64,000 bases of DNA from Auanema rhodensis (taxonomy: Eukaryota; Animalia; Nematoda). Positions 54,668-64,000 of this stretch are shown one piece after another. Within the stretch, counting starts at the first letter, position 1. Each line of letters begins with the position of its first letter. Both the position numbers and the translations under genes were made by a program. The stretch covers positions 124,001 through 188,000 of the forward strand of contig CAXKVF010000087.1 in assembly GCA_964057225.1 (NCBI GenBank), given 5' to 3'. Under the pieces are notes generated by a model, which saw only the letters and a program-made list of their open reading frames with translations, was not told the DNA's origin and ran no database searches.

Positions 54668-57600
54668 TGGTATGTAACTCGCTTCACGTGAAAGATAAAG
54701 AGATGCGGTTTTCAAAATTAGATTCCCCATGTCCATATTAGTCTAAAAACAAATTTTTATTGATATTGGTTCATGGTAACCATGACTTTGAAATTTACGT
54801 GAACTTTAATTTATGCTAATTAAATGTACACGTGATGTGCACTTGGTATGTAACTCGCTTCACGTGAAAGATAAAGAGATGCGGTTTTCAAAATTAGATT
54901 CCCCATGTCCATATTAGTCTAAAAACAAATTTTTATTGATATTGGTGCATGGTAACCATGACTTTGAAATTTACGTGAACTTTAATTTATGCTAATTAAA
55001 TGTACACGTGATGTGCACTTGGTATGTAACTCGCTTCACGTGAAAGATAAAGAGATGCGGTTTTCAAAATTAGATTCCCCATGTCCATATTAGTCTAAAA
55101 ACAAATTTTTATTGATATTGGTTCATGGTAACCATGACTTTGAAATTTACGTGAACTTTAATTTATGCTAATTAAATGTACACGTGATGTGCACTTGGTA
55201 TGTAACTCGCTTCACGTGAAAGATAAAGAGATGCGGTTTTCAAAATTAGATTCCCCATGTCCATATTAGTCTAAAAACAAATTTTTATTGATATTGGTGC
55301 ATGGTAACCATGACTTTGAAATTTACGTGAACTTTAATTTATGCTAATTAAATGTACACGTGATGTGCACTTGGTATGTAACTCGCTTCACGTGAAAGAT
55401 AAAGAGATGCGGTTTTCAAAATTAGATTCCCCATGTCCATATTAGTCTAAAAACAAATTTTTATTGATATTGGTGCATGGTAACCATGACTTTGAAATTT
55501 ACGTGAACTTTAATTTATGCTAATTAAATGTACACGTGATGTGCACTTGGTATGTAACTCGCTTCACGTGAAAGATAAAGAGATGCGGTTTTCAAAATTA
55601 GAATCCCCATGTCCATATTAGTCTAAAAACAAATTTTTATTGATATTGGTTCATGGTAACCATGACTTTGAAATTTACGTGAACTTTAATTTATGCTAAT
55701 TAAATGTACACGTGATGTGCACTTGGTATGTAACTCGCTTCACGTGAAAGATAAAGAGATGCGGTTTTCAAAATTAGATTCCCCATGTCCATATTAGTCT
55801 AAAAACAAATTTTTATTGATATTGGTTCATGGTAACCATGACTTTGAAATTTACGTGAATTTTAATTTATGCTAATTAAATGTACACGTGATGTGCACTT
55901 GGTATGTAACTCGCTTCACGTGAAAGATAAAGAGATGCGGTTTTCAAAATTAGATTCCCCATGTCCATATTAGTCTAAAAACAAATTTTTATTGATATTG
56001 GTTCATGGTAACCATGACTTTGAAATTTACGTGAACTTTAATTTATGCTAATTAAATGTACACGTGATGTGCACTTGGTATGTAACTCGCTTCACGTGAA
56101 AGATAAAGAGATGCGGTTTTCAAAATTAGATTCCCCATTTCCATATTAGTCTAAAAACAAATTTTTATTGATATTGGTGCATGGTAACCATGACTTTGAA
56201 ATTTACGTGAACTTTAATTTATGCTAATTAAATGTACACGTGATGTGCACTTGGTATGTAACTCGCTTCACGTGAAAGATGAAGAGATGCGGTTTTCAAA
56301 ATTAGATTCCCCATGTCCATATTAGTCTAAAAACAAATTTTTATTGATATTGGTTCATGGTAACCATGACTTTGAAATTTACGTGAACTTTAATTTATGC
56401 TAATTAAATGTACACGTGATGTGCACTTGGTATGTAACTCGCTTCACGTGAAAGATAAAGAGATGCGGTTTTCAAAATTAGATTCCCCATGTCCATATTA
56501 GTCTAAAAACAAATTTTTATTGATATTGGTTCATGGTAACCATGACTTTGAAATTTACGTGAACTTTAATTTATGCTAATTAAATGTACACGTGATGTGC
56601 ACTTGGTATGTAACTCGCTTCACGTGAAAGATAAAGAGATGCGGTTTTCAAAATTAGATTCCCCATGTCCATATTAGTCTAAAAACAAATTTTTATTGAT
56701 ATTGGTGCATGGTAACCATGACTTTGAAATTTACGTGAACTTTAATTTATGCTAATTAAATGTACACGTGATGTGCACTTGGTATGTAACTCGCTTCACG
56801 TGAAAGATAAAGAGATGCGGTTTTCAAAATTAGATTCCCCATGTCCATATTAGTCTAAAAACAAATTTTTATTGATATTGGTTCATGGTAACCATGACTT
56901 TGAAATTTACGTGAACTTTAATTTATGCTAATTAAATGTACACGTGATGTGCACTTGGTATGTAACTCGCTTCACGTGAAAGATAAAGAGATGCGGTTTT
57001 CAAAATTAGATTCCCCATGTCCATATTAGTCTAAAAACAAATTTTTATTGATATTGGTGCATGGTAACCATGACTTTGAAATTTACGTGAACTTTAATTT
57101 ATGCTAATTAAATGTACACGTGATGTGCACTTGGTATGTAACTCGCTTCACGTGAAAGATAAAGAGATGCGGTTTTCAAAATTAGATTCCCCATGTCCAT
57201 ATTAGTCTAAAAACAAATTTTTATTGATATTGGTGCATGGTAACCATGACTTTGAAATTTACGTGAACTTTAATTTATGCTAATTAAATGTACACGTGAT
57301 GTGCACTTGGTATGTAACTCGCTTCACGTGAAAGATAAAGAGATGCGGTTTTCAAAATTAGAATCCCCATGTCCATATTAGTCTAAAAACAAATTTTTAT
57401 TGATATTGGTTCATGGTAACCATGACTTTGAAATTTACGTGAACTTTAATTTATGCTAATTAAATGTACACGTGATGTGCACTTGGTATGTAACTCGCTT
57501 CACGTGAAAGATAAAGAGATGCGGTTTTCAAAATTAGATTCCCCATGTCCATATTAGTCTAAAAACAAATTTTTATTGATATTGGTTCATGGTAACCATG

Positions 57601-58187
57601 ACTTTGAAATTTACGTGAATTTTAATTTATGCTAATTAAATGTACACGTGATGTGCACTTGGTATGTAACTCGCTTCACGTGAAAGATAAAGAGATGCGG
57701 TTTTCAAAATTAGATTCCCCATGTCCATATTAGTCTAAAAACAAATTTTTATTGATATTGGTTCATGGTAACCATGACTTTGAAATTTACGTGAACTTTA
57801 ATTTATGCTAATTAAATGTACACGTGATGTGCACTTGGTATGTAACTCGCTTCACGTGAAAGATAAAGAGATGCGGTTTTCAAAATTAGATTCCCCATTT
57901 CCATATTAGTCTAAAAACAAATTTTTATTGATATTGGTGCATGGTAACCATGACTTTGAAATTTACGTGAACTTTAATTTATGCTAATTAAATGTACACG
58001 TGATGTGCACTTGGTATGTAACTCGCTTCACGTGAAAGATGAAGAGATGCGGTTTTCAAAATTAGATTCCCCATGTCCATATTAGTCTAAAAACAAATTT
58101 TTATTGATATTGGTTCATGGTAACCATGACTTTGAAATTTACGTGAACTTTAATTTATGCTAATTAAATGTACACGTGATGTGCACT
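54668..58187. repeat. 10-mer HOR x2 (M312-321 / M322-331)
   Basis: T,G,T,G,G,56A,137T,T,64T,30G repeated at 1760 bp. Confidence 0.9.
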
Positions 58188-59947
58188 TGGTATGTAACTC
58201 GCTTCACGTGAAAGATAAAGAGATGCGGTTTTCAAAATTAGATTCCCGATGTCCATATTAGTCTAAAAACAAATTTTTATTGATATTGGTGCATGGTAAC
58301 CATGACTTTGAAATTTACGTGAACTTTAATTTATGCTAATTAAATGTACACGTGATGTGCACTTGGTATGTAACTCGCTTCACGTGAAAGATAAAGAGAT
58401 GCGGTTTTCAAAATTAGATTCCCCATGTCCATATTAGTCTGAAAACAAATTTTTATTGATATTGGTTCATGGTAACCATGACTTTGAAATTTACGTGAAC
58501 TTTAATTTATGCTAATTAAATGTACACGTGATGTGCACTTGGTATGTAACTCGCTTCACGTGAAAGATAAAGAGATGCGGTTTTCAAAATTAGATTCCCC
58601 ATGTCCATATTAGTCTAAAAACAAATTTTTATTGATATTGGTGCATGGTAACCATGACTTTGAAATTTACGTGAACTTTAATTTATGCTAATTAAATGTA
58701 CACGTGATGTGCACTTGGTATGTAATTCGCTTCACGTGAAAGATAAAGAGATGCGGTTTTCAAAATTAGATTCCCCATGTCCATATTAGTCTAAAAACAA
58801 ATTTTTATTGATATTGGTTCATGGTAACCATGACTTTGAAATTTACGTGAACTTTAATTTATGCTAATTAAATGTACACGTGATGTGCACTTGGTATGTA
58901 ACTCGCTTCACGTGAAAGATAAAGAGATGCGGTTTTCAAAATTAGATTCCCCATTTCCATATTAGTCTAAAAACAAATTTTTATTGATATTGGTGCATGG
59001 TAACCATGACTTTGAAATTTACGTGAACTTTAATTTATGCTAATTAAATGTACACGTGATGTGCACTTGGTATGTAACTCGCTTCACGTGAAAGATGAAG
59101 AGATGCGGTTTTCAAAATTAGATTCCCCATGTCCATATTAGTCTAAAAACAAATTTTTATTGATATTGGTTCATGGTAACCATGACTTTGAAATTTACGT
59201 GAACTTTAATTTATGCTAATTAAATGTACACGTGATGTGCACTTGGTATGTAACTCGCTTCACGTGAAAGATAAAGAGATGCGGTTTTCAAAATTAGATT
59301 CCCGATGTCCATATTAGTCTAAAAACAAATTTTTATTGATATTGGTGCATGGTAACCATGACTTTGAAATTTACGTGAACTTTAATTTATGCTAATTAAA
59401 TGTACACGTGATGTGCACTTGGTATGTAACTCGCTTCACGTGAAAGATAAAGAGATGCGGTTTTCAAAATTAGATTCCCCATGTCCATATTAGTCTGAAA
59501 ACAAATTTTTATTGATATTGGTTCATGGTAACCATGACTTTGAAATTTACGTGAACTTTAATTTATGCTAATTAAATGTACACGTGATGTGCACTTGGTA
59601 TGTAACTCGCTTCACGTGAAAGATAAAGAGATGCGGTTTTCAAAATTAGATTCCCCATGTCCATATTAGTCTAAAAACAAATTTTTATTGATATTGGTGC
59701 ATGGTAACCATGACTTTGAAATTTACGTGAACTTTAATTTATGCTAATTAAATGTACACGTGATGTGCACTTGGTATGTAATTCGCTTCACGTGAAAGAT
59801 AAAGAGATGCGGTTTTCAAAATTAGATTCCCCATGTCCATATTAGTCTAAAAACAAATTTTTATTGATATTGGTTCATGGTAACCATGACTTTGAAATTT
59901 ACGTGAACTTTAATTTATGCTAATTAAATGTACACGTGATGTGCACT
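57836..59947. repeat. 6-mer HOR x2 (M330-335 / M336-341)
   Basis: 64T; 30G; 61G; 78G; G; 11T, repeated at 1056 bp. Confidence 0.9.
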
Positions 59948-62900
59948 TGGTATGTAACTCGCTTCACGTGAAAGATAAAGAGATGCGGTTTTCAAAATTA
60001 GATTCCCCATGTCCATATTAGTCTAAAAACAAATTTTTATTGATATTGCTTCATGGTAACCATGACTTTGAAATTTACGTGAACTTTAATTTATGCTAAT
60101 TAAATGTACACGTGATGTGCACTTGGTATGTAACTCGCTTCACGTGAAAGATAAAGAGATGCGGTTTTCAAAATTAGATTCCCCATGTCCATATTAGTCT
60201 AAAAACAAATTTTTATTGATATTGGTTCATGGTAACCATGACTTTGAAATTTACGTGAACTTTTATTTATGCTAATTAAATGTACACGTGATGTGCACTT
60301 GGTATGTAACTCGCTTCACGTGAAAGATAAAGAGATGCGGTTTTCAAAATTAGATTCCCCATGTCCATATTAGTCTGAAAACAAATTTTTATTGATATTG
60401 GTGCATGGTAACCATGACTTTGAAATTTACGTGAACTTTAATTTATGCTAATTAAATGTACACGTGATGTGCACTTGGTATGTAACTCGCTTCACGTGAA
60501 AGATAAAGAGATGCGGTTTTCAAAATTAGATTCCCCATGTCCATATTAGTCTAAAAACAAATTTTTATTGATATTGGTTCATGGTAACCATGACTTTGAA
60601 ATTTACGTGAACTTTAATTAATGCTAATTAAATGTACACGTGATGTGCACTTGGTATGTAACTCGCTTCACGTGAAAGATAAAGAGATGCGGTTTTCAAA
60701 ATTAGATTCCCCATGTCCATATTAGTCTAAAAACAAATTTTTATTGATATTGGTTCATGGTAACCATGACTTTGAATTTTACGTGAACTTTAATTTATGC
60801 TAATTAAATGTACACGTGATGTGCACTTGGTATGTAACTCGCTTCACGTGAAAGATAAAGAGATGCGGTTTTCAAAATTAGATTCCCCATTTCCATATTA
60901 GTCTAAAAACAAATTTTTATTGATATTGGTGCATGGTAACCATGACTTTGAAATTTACGTGAACTTTAATTTATGCTAATTAAATGTACACGTGATGTGC
61001 ACTTGGTATGTAACTCGCTTCACGTGAAAGATGAAGAGATGCGGTTTTCAAAATTAGATTCCCCATGTCCATATTAGTCTAAAAACAAATTTTTATTGAT
61101 ATTGGTTCATGGTAACCATGACTTTGAAATTTACGTGAACTTTAATTTATGCTAATTAAATGTACACGTGATGTGCACTTGGTATGTAACTCGCTTCACG
61201 TGAAAGATAAAGAGATGCGGTTTTCAAAATTAGATTCCCGATGTCCATATTAGTCTAAAAACAAATTTTTATTGATATTGGTGCATGGTAACCATGACTT
61301 TGAAATTTACGTGAACTTTAATTTATGCTAATTAAATGTACACGTGATGTGCACTTGGTATGTAACTCGCTTCACGTGAAAGATAAAGAGATGCGGTTTT
61401 CAAAATTAGATTCCCGATGTCCATATTAGTCTAAAAACAAATTTTTATTGATATTGGTGCATGGTAACCATGACTTTGAAATTTACGTGAACTTTAATTT
61501 ATGCTAATTAAATGTACACGTGATGTGCACTTGGTATGTAACTCGCTTCACGTGAAAGATAAAGAGATGCGGTTTTCAAAATTAGATTCCCCATGTCCAT
61601 ATTAGTCTGAAAACAAATTTTTATTGATATTGGTTCATGGTAACCATGACTTTGAAATTTACGTGAACTTTAATTTATGCTAATTAAATGTACACGTGAT
61701 GTGCACTTGGTATGTAACTCGCTTCACGTGAAAGATAAAGAGATGCGGTTTTCAAAATTAGATTCCCGATGTCCATATTAGTCTAAAAACAAATTTTTAT
61801 TGATATTGGTGCATGGTAACCATGACTTTGAAATTTACGTGAACTTTAATTTATGCTAATTAAATGTACACGTGATGTGCACTTGGTATGTAACTCGCTT
61901 CACGTGAAAGATAAAGAGATGCGGTTTTCAAAATTAGATTCCCGATGTCCATATTAGTCTAAAAACAAATTTTTATTGATATTGGTGCATGGTAACCATG
62001 ACTTTGAAATTTACGTGAACTTTAATTTATGCTAATTAAATGTACACGTGATGTGCACTTGGTATGTAACTCGCTTCACGTGAAAGATAAAGAGATGCGG
62101 TTTTCAAAATTAGATTCCCCATGTCCATATTAGTCTGAAAACAAATTTTTATTGATATTGGTTCATGGTAACCATGACTTTGAAATTTACGTGAACTTTA
62201 ATTTATGCTAATTAAATGTACACGTGATGTGCACTTGGTATGTAACTCGCTTCACGTGAAAGATAAAGAGATGCGGTTTTCAAAATTAGATTCCCCATGT
62301 CCATATTAGTCTAAAAACAAATTTTTATTGATATTGGTGCATGGTAACCATGACTTTGAAATTTACGTGAACTTTAATTTATGCTAATTAAATGTACACG
62401 TGATGTGCACTTGGTATGTAATTCGCTTCACGTGAAAGATAAAGAGATGCGGTTTTCAAAATTAGATTCCCCATGTCCATATTAGTCTAAAAACAAATTT
62501 TTATTGATATTGGTTCATGGTAACCATGACTTTGAAATTTACGTGAACTTTAATTTATGCTAATTAAATGTACACGTGATGTGCACTTGGTATGTAACTC
62601 GCTTCACGTGAAAGATAAAGAGATGCGGTTTTCAAAATTAGATTCCCCATGTCCATATTAGTCTAAAAACAAATTTTTATTGATATTGCTTCATGGTAAC
62701 CATGACTTTGAAATTTACGTGAACTTTAATTTATGCTAATTAAATGTACACGTGATGTGCACTTGGTATGTAACTCGCTTCACGTGAAAGATAAAGAGAT
62801 GCGGTTTTCAAAATTAGATTCCCCATGTCCATATTAGTCTAAAAACAAATTTTTATTGATATTGGTTCATGGTAACCATGACTTTGAAATTTACGTGAAC

Positions 62901-63467
62901 TTTTATTTATGCTAATTAAATGTACACGTGATGTGCACTTGGTATGTAACTCGCTTCACGTGAAAGATAAAGAGATGCGGTTTTCAAAATTAGATTCCCC
63001 ATGTCCATATTAGTCTGAAAACAAATTTTTATTGATATTGGTGCATGGTAACCATGACTTTGAAATTTACGTGAACTTTAATTTATGCTAATTAAATGTA
63101 CACGTGATGTGCACTTGGTATGTAACTCGCTTCACGTGAAAGATAAAGAGATGCGGTTTTCAAAATTAGATTCCCCATGTCCATATTAGTCTAAAAACAA
63201 ATTTTTATTGATATTGGTTCATGGTAACCATGACTTTGAAATTTACGTGAACTTTAATTAATGCTAATTAAATGTACACGTGATGTGCACTTGGTATGTA
63301 ACTCGCTTCACGTGAAAGATAAAGAGATGCGGTTTTCAAAATTAGATTCCCCATGTCCATATTAGTCTAAAAACAAATTTTTATTGATATTGGTTCATGG
63401 TAACCATGACTTTGAATTTTACGTGAACTTTAATTTATGCTAATTAAATGTACACGTGATGTGCACT
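58892..63467. repeat. 11-mer HOR x2 (M336-346 / M347-361), the second copy expanded by 4 monomers
   Basis: M338-346 matches M353-361. The extra units form a 61G,61G,78G trimer x2 at 61180-62235. Confidence 0.85.
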
Positions 63468-64000
63468 TGGTATGTAACTCGCTTCACGTGAAAGATAAAG
63501 AGATGCGGTGTTCAAAATTAGATTCCCCATGTCCATATTAGTCTAAAAACAAATTTTTATTGATATTGGTTCATGGTAACCATGACTTTGAAATTTACGT
63601 GAACTTTAATTAATGCTAATTAAATGTACACGTGATGTGCACTTGGTATGTAACTCGCTTCACGTGAAAGATAAAGAGATGCGGTTTTCAAAATTAGATT
63701 CCCCATGTCCATATTAGTCTAAAAACAAATTTTTATTGATATTGCTTCATGGTAACCATGACTTTGAAATTTACGTGAACTTTAATTTATGCTAATTAAA
63801 TGTACACGTGATGTGCACTTGGTATGTAACTCGCTTCACGTGAAAGATAAAGAGATGCGGTTTTCAAAATTAGATTCCCCATGTCCATATTAGTCTAAAA
63901 ACAAATTTTTATTGATATTGGTTCATGGTAACCATGACTTTGAATTTTACGTGAACTTTAATTTATGCTAATTAAATGTACACGTGATGTGCACTTGGTA

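Larger units (their letters stand above)
42876..57483. repeat. Long-range duplicated block, copy 2 (M245-M327), internally expanded relative to copy 1
   Basis: Same variant order as 1-10560. Offsets are 42699 bp (M5 vs M248), 42347 bp (ORF 3842 vs 46189) and 46923 bp (M43 vs M310). Confidence 0.9.
1..64000. repeat. Tandem satellite DNA array, 176-bp monomer, 364 units head-to-tail (candidate centromeric/pericentromeric satellite; family not recognised)
   Basis: TGGTATGTAACTCG recurs at 1, 177, 353 and so on; the 60-nt line layout repeats every 2640 bp (15x176). Phase holds to 33089 and, after one 69-bp deletion, from 33196 to 63996. All units share one orientation. Centromeric role is inferred only from size, AT content and homogeneity. 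Confidence 0.98.

Noticed and set aside
1-64000. CRISPR array or other repeat-spacer/cassette system (palindromic repeats at regular spacing)
   Set aside because: There are no unique spacers: the sequence between palindromes is as conserved as the palindromes. No cas, integrase or other genes are present.
1-64000. GGTT/GGTG/GCTT succession as an information-bearing code
   Set aside because: The pattern is explained by local duplications and drift; there is no fixed period or reading logic.
1-64000. 5S rDNA, tRNA or snRNA tandem gene array; telomeric repeat; synthetic or collapsed-assembly artefact
   Set aside because: No Pol III box or RNA-gene similarity recognised and no telomeric motif. 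Hierarchically shared SNPs and private differences argue for a real, resolved array, though read validation is still needed.

Overview
The entire 64 kb window is one uninterrupted head-to-tail tandem satellite array with a 176-bp monomer (~32% GC). It contains 363 full monomers, one 107-bp monomer with an internal 69-bp deletion (33089-33195) and a final 5 bp of the next unit. Monomers start at 1+176n up to 33089, then at 33196+176k. Consensus: TGGTATGTAACTCGCTTCACGTGAAAGATAAAGAGATGCGGTTTTCAAAATTAGATTCCCCATGTCCATATTAGTCTAAAAACAAATTTTTATTGATATTGG(T/G variant region GGTT/GGTG/GCTT at 101-104)CATGGTAACCATGACTTTGAAATTTACGTGAACTTTAATTTATGCTAATTAAATGTACACGTGATGTGCACT. Most monomers differ from consensus by 0-4 substitutions. 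I see no genes, RNA genes, transposons, CRISPR spacers or inversions. The six 60-aa ORFs are stop-codon-loss variants of the satellite. Monomer size, AT richness and homogeneity resemble a eukaryotic centromeric/pericentromeric satellite (inference); I do not recognise the family or organism. The information lies in the SNP barcode of the monomers, which I read by eye (M1-M364; variants named by consensus position plus allele). It shows (i) a long-range duplication, 1-10560 vs about 42876-57483, that has been remodelled since; (ii) a sharp haplotype-domain junction near 10560; (iii) many short local higher-order repeats with periods of 2, 3, 4, 5, 6, 8, 9, 10 and 11 monomers, some nested; and (iv) a monomer rich in palindromes and E-box/ACGTG motifs. 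I found no support for a novel protein-coding system.
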